A stretch of DNA of 64,000 bases, from assembly GCA_016839585.1 (NCBI GenBank), contig JAEOTZ010000056.1:11016-75015 (forward strand), read 5' to 3'. The position numbers and the translations under genes are program-made. The notes under the pieces were generated by a model. That model searched no databases and had not been told where the DNA came from. It saw only the letters and a list, made by a program, of their open reading frames with translations. This stretch comes from Promethearchaeota archaeon (GTDB lineage: Archaea; Asgardarchaeota; Lokiarchaeia; Sigyniarchaeales; SOKP01). This document shows, one piece after another, positions 53,787 through 62,590 of the stretch; position 1 is the first letter of the stretch; each line of letters begins with the position of its first letter.

Positions 53787-54902
53787 GTGATTATGAATTC
53801 TAAAAGTTCTTATGAAATTGATGAGACAATTTACCAGCGATTTGAAGAGAAAAACAATATGATTTATCGCCGTTTATGGGATAAATCTTTACCAACCTAT
53901 GGTCAAATGTTTTTTACTAATATTCAAAAGCATATTGATTCTAAAAAAGAAGGATATTCCCGAATTGATTTTAATCTTGTTAAATCAGGGTGGACTGTTT
54001 ATGAAAAATTTCCATTTGCATTTGCATGGAGAAGAAAAGATCATTATACTGGAGATTATGGGCGCAAATGGACAAAATCACAATTTAAAGTTGAAAATCT
54101 TGATGATTTTACCAAATTAGTAAAAAAAACTGTATCTTTTTATGGTGCATCGTTGGTAGGATTTGCTGATATTGATGAGAGATGGATTTACAAAACAGGA
54201 TTTATCAGACCAGAAAATAAAAGTGAAGAGGATTCTAAAGGGAAAGTAAGAGATGGTGTACAAAGTGTTTCTATTCTTGAGCAGTCAATTAATTTGCCAA
54301 AAGGTATAAATAAAGCTATTGTAATGGCAATTGAAATGGATAAAGACGCTATCTCAACGGCACCTGCTCAACCTGCAGCCGCAGCCTCAGCTCTAGCCTA
54401 CTCCAAGATGGCTTTTACAATAGCATGTGTAGGTGAATTTATAAGGAACTTAGGATATAGAGCTGTACAATGTGGAAATGATACTGCGTTAAGTATACCC
54501 CTAGCTATTGATGCAGGATTAGGTGCATTAGGGAGATTAGGTTTGTTAATAACCCCTGAGTTTGGTCCAAGAGTAAGAATTTGCAAAGTATTTACGGATT
54601 TACCATTAAGATCTGACAGCCCTAATCTTGAATTTATAAGAAAAGTTGAAGACTTTTGTAAGGATTGTTATAAATGTGCTGAAGCATGCGAAACTGAAGC
54701 AATCACTAAAGATAAAGAACCTAAATTTAAAAGTGAATCAATAAGTAACAATTCTGGTGTAAAGAAATATTATGTTAATGCTGAAAAATGCTTTGAGTTT
54801 TGGATTGAAAATAGTAGTGACTGTGGGGCATGTATTGCAGTTTGCCCATTTTCAAAGATTATTAATTATCTAACCCCTAATGAGTTCTGGAAATTAGATT
54901 AA
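53787..54902 (+). CDS. Reductive dehalogenase-domain (cobalamin, 2x Fe-S) protein without TAT signal
   Basis: GASLVG, FIRNLGYRA, SIPLAIDAGLG.LGRLGLLITPEFGPRVR, FCKDCYKCAEAC, CGACIAVCPF. Confidence 0.85.
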   Translation: MIMNSKSSYEIDETIYQRFEEKNNMIYRRLWDKSLPTYGQMFFTNIQKHIDSKKEGYSRIDFNLVKSGWTVYEKFPFAFAWRRKDHYTGDYGRKWTKSQFKVENLDDFTKLVKKTVSFYGASLVGFADIDERWIYKTGFIRPENKSEEDSKGKVRDGVQSVSILEQSINLPKGINKAIVMAIEMDKDAISTAPAQPAAAASALAYSKMAFTIACVGEFIRNLGYRAVQCGNDTALSIPLAIDAGLGALGRLGLLITPEFGPRVRICKVFTDLPLRSDSPNLEFIRKVEDFCKDCYKCAEACETEAITKDKEPKFKSESISNNSGVKKYYVNAEKCFEFWIENSSDCGACIAVCPFSKIINYLTPNEFWKLD

Positions 54903-55007
54903 ATAGAATAATCAAAAATTTTATGAGCTATTTTTGATATATTTAACAAAACAGATAAAGTTTCAATCCTTTATTATTAGATAATTTGATTATTTTATTT
55001 TTGAAAA

Positions 55008-56723
55008 ATGAATATTGTTGATAAAAAAACAATCGCAGAATTTTTAGGTGAATATGTAACCTATATCTCAGTAGAAGAACTTGAGAGTATAATTGAAATT
55101 CCTCCTCCTGAAATTAGTTATACATATGCATTTCCATGCTTCCAATTAGCTAAGTGGGAAAAAAAAGCTCCAAATATTATTGCAGAAAACTTACAGAAGA
55201 AATTATCTTTAACAGATTACTTAGAAAGTATTGAAGCAATAGGTCCTTATCTCAACTTTAAAATTAAATCTTCAATAATTTTGCAGAGTATTTATGATCT
55301 TGAGGGAGATTATGGTAGAATTTATGAAGAAGCAAAGAAAGAGAAATCTAAACCGTCAAAAATTGTAATAGAATATCCTGCTCCTAATACAAATAAACCT
55401 CTTCATTTTGGTCATATTCGAAATATACTTTTAGGTCGTTCTATTTCAAATCTTTTGAGATATAAAGGGGATAACGTGTTTGAAGTTAATTTATATAATA
55501 ATAGAGGGATTCATATCTGCAAATCTATGCTTGCATATAAGAAATGGGGTAAAAAAGAAGAACCAAATGTAAAAAGTGATCACTTTGTAGGAGACTATTA
55601 CGTTAAATATGTTCAAACGGAAAAGAAAGATAAACATTTAATAGATGAAGTTTATGATTTGCTAAAATTATGGGAGAGTGGAGATAAGGAGACCAGAGAG
55701 TTATGGACAAAAATGAATAAATGGGCGATTGATGGCTTTAAAGAAACCTTCAAAAAATTCAATATAAATTTCGATAAAGAGTATTTTGAATCGGAAATAT
55801 ATGAAAAAGGTAAAGAAATTGTTCTTTCGAACCTTGAGAAAGGTATCTTTGAAAAAACCGAAGACGGAGCTGTTTTTGCTAATTTAAAGGAAAAATATAA
55901 TTTACCTAATAAAATTTTACTTAGAAGAGATGGAACTTCAGTCTATATTACACAAGATATTTATCTAGCATTCCTTAAAAAACAAGATTTTGATTATGAT
56001 AAGTCAATTTATGTTGTTGGAAATGAGCAGGATCTATATTTTAAACAACTTTTTGCTGTTTTAGATTTGATTGGATTTAAAGAAGATAAATATCATCTTT
56101 CTTATGGAATGGTTTCTTTACCAGAAGGAAAAATGAAAAGTAGAGAAGGTATTGTTGTAGATGCAGACGAGATAGTAGAAAAAATGGAAATGCTTGCTTA
56201 TGAAGAAGTCAATGAAAGATATCCTGAACTATCAGAAGAAGAAAAAATAAAAAGAGCTAATGTTATAGGTATGGCAGCTTTAGCATTTTTCATTTTGAAA
56301 TTTAATCCAAAATCAGAATTCATATTTAATCCAAAAGAAAGTATATCATTTGAAGGAGAAACAGGACCATATATTCAATATTGCTATGCAAGAATAGAAT
56401 CCATAATCTCTAAATCAAAAGAGAGGATTAGCTCTGAGATTAATTGGGCTTTATTAAACCATAATTTAGAGCAAAATTTAATTAAACAGTTAAGTTACTT
56501 CCCCGAGATTGTGGATACTACAGCTAAAAATTATAGTATACATTTAATACCTCAATATCTTCTAAACTTATGCCAAATTTTTAATTCTTTTTACAGTGTT
56601 TGTCCTGTTATCTCAGATAATAAAGAATTAGAGAAAGCAAGATTATTATTAATAAAATGTGTACAGATTGTAATAAAGATTGGATTAGATATTATGGGAA
56701 TAGAAATACTCAATAAAATGTAA
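55008..56723 (+). CDS. argS: Arginyl-tRNA synthetase
   Basis: PNTNKPLHFGHIRN (HIGH), GKMKSREG, FEGETGPYIQY. Confidence 0.95.
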   Translation: MNIVDKKTIAEFLGEYVTYISVEELESIIEIPPPEISYTYAFPCFQLAKWEKKAPNIIAENLQKKLSLTDYLESIEAIGPYLNFKIKSSIILQSIYDLEGDYGRIYEEAKKEKSKPSKIVIEYPAPNTNKPLHFGHIRNILLGRSISNLLRYKGDNVFEVNLYNNRGIHICKSMLAYKKWGKKEEPNVKSDHFVGDYYVKYVQTEKKDKHLIDEVYDLLKLWESGDKETRELWTKMNKWAIDGFKETFKKFNINFDKEYFESEIYEKGKEIVLSNLEKGIFEKTEDGAVFANLKEKYNLPNKILLRRDGTSVYITQDIYLAFLKKQDFDYDKSIYVVGNEQDLYFKQLFAVLDLIGFKEDKYHLSYGMVSLPEGKMKSREGIVVDADEIVEKMEMLAYEEVNERYPELSEEEKIKRANVIGMAALAFFILKFNPKSEFIFNPKESISFEGETGPYIQYCYARIESIISKSKERISSEINWALLNHNLEQNLIKQLSYFPEIVDTTAKNYSIHLIPQYLLNLCQIFNSFYSVCPVISDNKELEKARLLLIKCVQIVIKIGLDIMGIEILNKM

Positions 56724-56750
56724 GACTTAAATTAATAAAAAAGATTTATT

Positions 56751-57662
56751 ATGAATTTTTTTGATTTCGGAGAATTGATAGATAAAGACACTGAATTTGT
56801 CATTTTTGGAATACCTTGGGATTACCTAACTTCAATAAAGGGGCCAAACTCTGCCATTGCGCCTCAAAAAATACGAAATGTGACTGAGAATTTAGCTCTT
56901 ACATCTGAAATGGGCTATAAGATTCCTAATTTAAAAGTTATTGATATTGGAGATGTTAATATCGAACCCAAAAACGTAGAGAGGAATCTCAAAGAAATTG
57001 AAAATTTTGTCAGAAAGATATTTGAAGAGAAAAAAGACATAGTCTCTGTAATGATTGGAGGAGATCATTTCTGTACTTACCCTGTAATTAAAGTAATCGG
57101 GAACAATTTTGATAATAAAGATAAATTTGGAGTTTTAGTTTTTGATTCTCACTTAGATCTTTACGAAGAATGGGATAAAGGCATTTACTCACATGCAACA
57201 ATCTCCCATCGAATTTATGATATGAAATTTATTAATAATAAAAATCTTTTAATCGTAGGAACGAGAGATATTGATATTCCTGAGTTAGATATAGCAAATG
57301 AAGAGAAAATTGCATATTTAGATGCCTATAAGTTAACTGAAATTGGTTTAAGTGAATATATTAAACAAATAATTGATTTTTTTAATGATTCAGATATTAA
57401 AAACCTCTACGTCTCTATCGATATTGATGCTTTAGACCCTTCTATTGCCCCTGGTACGGGTTTTGCTATCCCTGGAGGATTTTCTTACCGTGAGATATGG
57501 ATTATTTTAAGAGAATTAACTAAAAATTTTAATATTAGAGCATTCGACTTGGTTGAGGTTGCTCCAAATTTGGATAATGCTAATAATATGACTTGTAATT
57601 TAGCAGCTAAGTTAATTATAGAATTTATATCATTTATAGCTGAAAAAAATGGTAAGATTTGA
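56751..57662 (+). CDS. speB: Agmatinase (ureohydrolase family)
   Basis: GGDH, DSHLD, SIDIDALDP..APGTG, DLVEVAP. Confidence 0.85.
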   Translation: MNFFDFGELIDKDTEFVIFGIPWDYLTSIKGPNSAIAPQKIRNVTENLALTSEMGYKIPNLKVIDIGDVNIEPKNVERNLKEIENFVRKIFEEKKDIVSVMIGGDHFCTYPVIKVIGNNFDNKDKFGVLVFDSHLDLYEEWDKGIYSHATISHRIYDMKFINNKNLLIVGTRDIDIPELDIANEEKIAYLDAYKLTEIGLSEYIKQIIDFFNDSDIKNLYVSIDIDALDPSIAPGTGFAIPGGFSYREIWIILRELTKNFNIRAFDLVEVAPNLDNANNMTCNLAAKLIIEFISFIAEKNGKI

Positions 57663-57665
57663 ATA

Positions 57666-58613
57666 ATGGATAAAAATTTTAAAGATAAATTGAAGAAAGT
57701 AAACCAATTTAAAGTAACAGACGAAATAGATATAATCAGCCTTATTAATTCTTTAAAAGAGACCGGTTTTAATGCTAAAAGATTAGCTTTAGCTTGTCAC
57801 ATCTATAAAGAGATGATTAACGATAAAGAATGTACGAAATTTTTTGGCTTGGCTGGTGCTATGGTTCCTGCTGGAATGCAAGGAATTATTCATGATTTTG
57901 TTAAAGAGGGATTTATTGATGTGTTAGTTTCTACTGGAGCAAATTTAACGCATGATCTTGCTGAGTGTTTAGGTTTTCATCATTTACAAGGTGATATTAA
58001 TCCTAATAATATTGACGATGCTAACTTACTTAGCGAAGAGATGAATAGAATTTATGATGTTTTTTTGCCAAATAAAGTCTATGAGGGAATAGAGGATTTT
58101 ATATCTCAGCTGAAAATCCCAGACAATACCATGTCAGTAAGCTCATTTTTAAAATTTTTAGGAGAGCATTTACCTAAAAGTTCAAATTCAATTTTAAGAA
58201 CCTGCGCAGATAAGGATGTCAAGATCTTTTGCCCTGCTTTTACTGACTCTGGATTAGCGATGCAGTTAGGCTTTCATCATAAAAATTTAAATTTAAACCA
58301 CTTCAAAGATATGCTAGAAATGGTTGATATTGCGTGGGATGCTAAAAAAGCCGGAGTTTGCATAGTTGGAGGGGGAGTTCCTAAAAATTTTATAATGCAA
58401 TCATTACAAATTTGCCCAAATTCGGCTAGCTATGCAATTCAAATAACTATGGATAGACCAGAACCAGGTGGATTAAGTGGTGCTACATTAAGAGAAGCAA
58501 TATCTTGGGGGAAAGTTAATAAAAATGCAAAATATACAACACTTATATCAGATGCCACAATTGCTTTACCACTAATATTTTGGTTTTTGAAAAAATCAAA
58601 AAATAACAAGTAA
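57666..58613 (+). CDS. dys: Deoxyhypusine synthase
   Basis: TGFNA, STGANLTHD, CPAFTDS, GGGVPKNF, GGLSGATLREAISWGK, DATIALP. Confidence 0.92.
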   Translation: MDKNFKDKLKKVNQFKVTDEIDIISLINSLKETGFNAKRLALACHIYKEMINDKECTKFFGLAGAMVPAGMQGIIHDFVKEGFIDVLVSTGANLTHDLAECLGFHHLQGDINPNNIDDANLLSEEMNRIYDVFLPNKVYEGIEDFISQLKIPDNTMSVSSFLKFLGEHLPKSSNSILRTCADKDVKIFCPAFTDSGLAMQLGFHHKNLNLNHFKDMLEMVDIAWDAKKAGVCIVGGGVPKNFIMQSLQICPNSASYAIQITMDRPEPGGLSGATLREAISWGKVNKNAKYTTLISDATIALPLIFWFLKKSKNNK

Positions 58614-58646
58614 TTATTTAAATTGTCTTAATTATAGAAATCTTTA

Positions 58647-59108
58647 TTATAATATCCCTTTTAGTTTTTGATCAATAGTTTTTGTATCAGTTCCAAAAAC
58701 TTTATCAAGATTTTGCTTAAAATTCCTAAATTGAGAAACTTGTGATAAATTCTTACCAGTATTAAGCGATTTAAATTCTTTTAAGATTTTATGTAATGAT
58801 GGTTGAACTATTTTCTGAATATACTTGTCAATCTTCTTCTCTTTATCTAATATGGCGTAAGAAATCAGAAGTTCAGGTTCATTACTATTATCAGATAATA
58901 TTTTATCCCCAATAAAAGCTATAGTAAATTTTTTTCCTTCAAAATATTCAACTAAACCCTGTGAAAAGGCACTTTCTGCAAAATTTAGGAAAGCAGTTAA
59001 CAATCCACTTCTTAAATCTACATCGATTTTTCCAAGACTAGTTTTATGATAACTTTTCTTTACTACAGTAAATCCTCTAAACAATAATCCAGCTTCTCGG
59101 ACGACCAT
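58647..59108 (-). CDS. Stand-alone longin-like protein
   Basis: DVDLRSGLLTAFLNFAESAF, similar to the Asgard longin-like D..L.SG.L.AI..F motif. Confidence 0.55.
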   Translation of the reverse strand: MVVREAGLLFRGFTVVKKSYHKTSLGKIDVDLRSGLLTAFLNFAESAFSQGLVEYFEGKKFTIAFIGDKILSDNSNEPELLISYAILDKEKKIDKYIQKIVQPSLHKILKEFKSLNTGKNLSQVSQFRNFKQNLDKVFGTDTKTIDQKLKGIL

Positions 59109-59352
59109 ATTGAGATTTAAATCTATTGATTTTTTTAACTAATTGAAGAATTTCCAAAAAGTAATTTATTTAATAATTTAAATATAACAATCCAATTTAA
59201 TAAAATCTTTCCTCATTAAAAAGAATTAGAGATTCATTATGTTTACCTACTAAAAAATACATAATCGTATAAATTAATCTATTTCCAGTCAATTCCAATT
59301 TTTAAGAGGTTAAACAACAAGAATTTTTATATTTTATATATTTCTTAAAACT

Positions 59353-60540
59353 ATGATTACCAAAGATAAAGTTAAGTTATGTGCTGAAAATATTGCCAGA
59401 AGCATAAATATAAAAAAAGATGGCGAATTCATTCTTATAAGAGGAGGTGCTTATTCCCAAGAATTATTAGAAGAGATAGGATTAACCGTTTTAAGAAAAG
59501 GAGGGATTCCTCATATCTCATATACATCAGATTACTATACAGAAACTATTTTTCAAGATGATCAAATCAAAGTTGAGACACTAGAAAAAACTCCCTTACA
59601 TTATCTAAAAATGATTGAAAATATAGATGCTTATATCGTTATCGAGCCTTTAGGGGATCCTTCAATTACTACTAAAGCACCAAGAGAAAAAGTAGATGCT
59701 GCTGCTAAATCTAGAGCTCCTATTCGAGAGATTCTTTATGGTTTTAAGGAAGAATATGCCCCTGGTAAAAAATGGTGCTATGCTGCCTGGCCCTCAAAAA
59801 AAGCCGCAGAATTCTATAATATAGATTATGATTTATATGAAAAGTTTATTGTCGGAGGAATGAGTGTTCCTTATGATGAAATGAATAAACTTACAAAAAA
59901 TTTAGGAAGATTTTTCGATAGAGCTAAGAAAGTGTATGTAAAGGATGAATTTGGAACTGATTTTTGGGTTTCAATAGAAAACAGAAAAAAAATTCTTGAT
60001 GATGGAATCATTTCAGATGAACAAATTGAATTAGGAGATTTAGGGGGTAATTTACCGGCTGGAGAAGTATTTTTCCCACCTAATGAAAAACAAGGTGAGG
60101 GTAAACTCTTTTGTCCTTTAACTAAAGATAGATTCACAGATAAAATCATAAGAAATGTTGAATTAAGTTTTAAAGAGGGAAAATTGTTAATAGATAAAAC
60201 AACTGCCGATACTAACTTAGAAGATTTAATTGCTTCTTTTAAAAAATGTGAAGAAATGGATAAAGAGAATAAAGTACCTGAACTTAGAACTTATAATGTT
60301 GCTGAACTTGGAATAGGGTGTAATCCGGAAATTACACGAGCAATTGGATATATCCTTACTGATGAAAAGATAATTGGGAGTGTACATTTAGCATTTGGAT
60401 TTAATAAAAGTTTTGGGGGAACCTCCGCATCCCAAATGCACTGGGACTTTGTAACTGCTCCTAAAGCTAATATTACTGTTGAATATCAGGATGGGTCCAA
60501 AAAATTAATAATGGAAAATGGCAAATTAACTGAAAAATAA
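59353..60540 (+). CDS. Aminopeptidase, M29 (thermophilic metalloprotease) family
   Basis: NLPAGEVF, AELGIGCN, DEKIIGSVHLAFG, HWDFV. Confidence 0.9.
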   Translation: MITKDKVKLCAENIARSINIKKDGEFILIRGGAYSQELLEEIGLTVLRKGGIPHISYTSDYYTETIFQDDQIKVETLEKTPLHYLKMIENIDAYIVIEPLGDPSITTKAPREKVDAAAKSRAPIREILYGFKEEYAPGKKWCYAAWPSKKAAEFYNIDYDLYEKFIVGGMSVPYDEMNKLTKNLGRFFDRAKKVYVKDEFGTDFWVSIENRKKILDDGIISDEQIELGDLGGNLPAGEVFFPPNEKQGEGKLFCPLTKDRFTDKIIRNVELSFKEGKLLIDKTTADTNLEDLIASFKKCEEMDKENKVPELRTYNVAELGIGCNPEITRAIGYILTDEKIIGSVHLAFGFNKSFGGTSASQMHWDFVTAPKANITVEYQDGSKKLIMENGKLTEK

Positions 60541-60556
60541 GGGTATTAGTGAAAAA

Positions 60557-61030
60557 CTAAGTTAATTTTTCAATATATTGGAGTACTTTTTCTAATACTT
60601 TTTTTTTAAATGTTATTCGGTCTGTCTTGAAATTGTATTTCTCCACAATACATTCTTTTTCATTTGAAAAACCAATAAAAACCAGCCCTATTGGCTTTTC
60701 TGGTGTCCCACCAGTTGGACCTGCAATACCACTAATACCAATACCAATATCTACATTTGATTGTATTCTAATATTTTCTGCTAACTCTCTTACAATTTCT
60801 TCGGATACTGCACCATTTTCTTCAAGAGTATTTGGATCTACATTTAATAGGTCTATTTTTGCTTGATTATTATAGCATACAATACCCCTTTCAAATACAT
60901 TCGAAGCACCTGAAACATTGGTAAACATATTCGAAATATAACCTCCTGTACATGATTCTGCTACAGCAATTCGAATATTTTTTTCTGAAAAATTTTTAAT
61001 TATCTTCTCGATTCTTCTTAAAATAGCCAA
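60557..61030 (-). CDS. pncC: CinA C-terminal / PncC NMN deamidase
   Basis: AVAESCTGG, GAS, GAVSEE, SGIAGPTGG..EKPIGLVFIG. Confidence 0.9.
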   Translation of the reverse strand: MAILRRIEKIIKNFSEKNIRIAVAESCTGGYISNMFTNVSGASNVFERGIVCYNNQAKIDLLNVDPNTLEENGAVSEEIVRELAENIRIQSNVDIGIGISGIAGPTGGTPEKPIGLVFIGFSNEKECIVEKYNFKTDRITFKKKVLEKVLQYIEKLT

Positions 61031-61039
61031 TTTACATCA

Positions 61040-61486
61040 TTACCTTTTTATCTCAAATTTTTTACCACATGAATTGCAATATTGCCCCTTTTTGCTCATA
61101 GGATTTCCACAGTAAGGACAAAACAATTTTGGAGAATTTTTTTTAATAGGGGCAAGTGATTTATAGATATCTGGTTCTTTTTCTCCAAAAGGTTGGTATA
61201 ACAAATTTTTTTCAACAACTTTCTGAAAACATCTAGGACAATACTGCTTTTTCTTAATAGCATAATAGAAGACATAGGGATTGATTACCATAAAAAACCA
61301 CATAAAATATAAAAAGAGAATAATCCCAGAAAAAATAAAAGAAGTTATAACGGTAATAGTGGTTAAAATAATTAATATCATAACAGAAAAAATACCAAAT
61401 ATTTTGATATTAAATTTTGGTCTTGTTGGAAAGACGTTCATTTTACAACTTTCACAGAACTTCATTTCGTTTATATCTTGACTCAT
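61040..61486 (-). CDS. Membrane protein with a split CxxC pair around a hydrophobic hairpin (LITAF-like) and a C-terminal zinc ribbon
   Basis: FCESC - 2 TM - YCPRC ... FCPYCG...YCNSCG. Confidence 0.65.
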   Translation of the reverse strand: MSQDINEMKFCESCKMNVFPTRPKFNIKIFGIFSVMILIILTTITVITSFIFSGIILFLYFMWFFMVINPYVFYYAIKKKQYCPRCFQKVVEKNLLYQPFGEKEPDIYKSLAPIKKNSPKLFCPYCGNPMSKKGQYCNSCGKKFEIKR

Positions 61487-61653
61487 ATTTCTCTATGGAA
61501 ACATTTAAAACAATTTGCTATTATTATAAAAAATACCATAAATATAAATTAATAACAAATAAAAATAAATAATTAAATAATATCTTATACTTTTGAAATT
61601 TTAAAGCAATAGTATAGATTTATTCGGAAAAAAAATTTTACAGAGTGATTTAA

Positions 61654-62222
61654 ATGAGAAATAATGAAGATAAAAAAGGCTTCGTCTTCAAAATCACAGA
61701 TCTATTGAAAAAATTCAGTAGAGTGAACTTATTGGCGACGGAGCAGTAGGGAAAACCTCATTAATCAAAAAATACACTCAAGGGAGTTTTCAAAGGGACT
61801 ACATTAAAACATTAGGAGCACAATTTTCAAAATATGATGAGGAGATTGAAGGAGATAATTGTAAATTATTTTTCTGGGATATTGCTGGTCAGGATGAATT
61901 CAATTTCATGCGTCCTACCTTTTATAAAGGCTCAAAAGCTGCTATAATAGTTTTTTCATACACTGATGATGATAGTTTTGACCATATCCCCCAATGGCAT
62001 GATGATATTATAAAATATTGTGGTGATCTCCCAATAGTTTTATTTGGAAACAAAATTGATTTAATCAAAAAAGAGGATTTAGATGATGCGAAGGCTAAAG
62101 AAATTGTAAAAGAAAGAAGTTTTCTTGGATATTATAGAACAAGTGCTAAAACAGGAAGTGGAGTATATAAAGCATTTCAGGCAATAATTAAAGAATTATA
62201 TTATAGATATAAAGAAGATTAA
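61654..62222 (+). CDS. Rab-like small GTPase, intron-split: join(61654..61699,61729..62222), 179 aa
   Basis: Spliced product is MRNNEDKKGFVFKITVIGDGAVGKTSLIKKYTQGSFQRDYIKTLGAQF...WDIAGQDEF...GNKID...TSAKTG. The track ORF (61908) lacks G1-G3. Length check: 569-29=540 nt. Confidence 0.88.
61700..61728 (+). other. Candidate 29-nt bulge-helix-bulge (BHB) mRNA intron
   Basis: Central helix TCAC(61694-97)/GTGA(61723-26); bulges AG^A(61698-700) and AC^T(61727-29); intron hairpin TCTATTGAA-AAAA-TTCAGTAGA; exon helix GCTTCGTC(61679-86)/GACGGAGC(61737-44). Confidence 0.85.
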
Positions 62223-62226
62223 TAAA

Positions 62227-62526
62227 ATGCATGAAGATTTTGGGCAAGATTATCCTAAGATATTATTTTTTTCATCGAATCATTGCGCTCCTTGTAGACC
62301 AGTTGAAGAAATGCTGAAAAAAATAAACATTTCATTGTTTGGAAAAAAATTAAGAATAGAAAAAATATTGATTGATCTTGAAGAAAACCGAGGATTTACA
62401 CAAGAATATCGAATCACCTCTGTGCCAACATTAGTTATAGCAGAAAAAAAATTAGCAGTAAACATTCAAGAAGAAGATATAATTGACGCAATTTTATATG
62501 CGTTTATAGCATCTGTAAAAATATAA
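62227..62526 (+). CDS. Thioredoxin-fold protein
   Basis: HCAPC redox motif and ITSVPTL cis-Pro loop. Confidence 0.85.
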   Translation: MHEDFGQDYPKILFFSSNHCAPCRPVEEMLKKINISLFGKKLRIEKILIDLEENRGFTQEYRITSVPTLVIAEKKLAVNIQEEDIIDAILYAFIASVKI

Positions 62527-62590
62527 TTTTAAATAAAAAATATTAAAAAGATTTGAATAAAGTAAGGAATAAAATTTTAAGTGAATTTGT

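Noticed and set aside
61699-61730. Ribosomal frameshift or single-base error at the A6 run as the explanation for the GTPase break
   Set aside because: A shift alone would leave about 9-10 extra residues inside the beta-1 strand before the P-loop, and the exon-2 frame has TAG at 61719-21, downstream of the A-run. Only removal of the 29 nt restores the consensus.
61908-62222. 104-aa ORF-track call as a stand-alone protein or truncated pseudogene
   Set aside because: It lacks G1-G3, which are present intact in frame upstream. It is part of exon 2 of the split GTPase.
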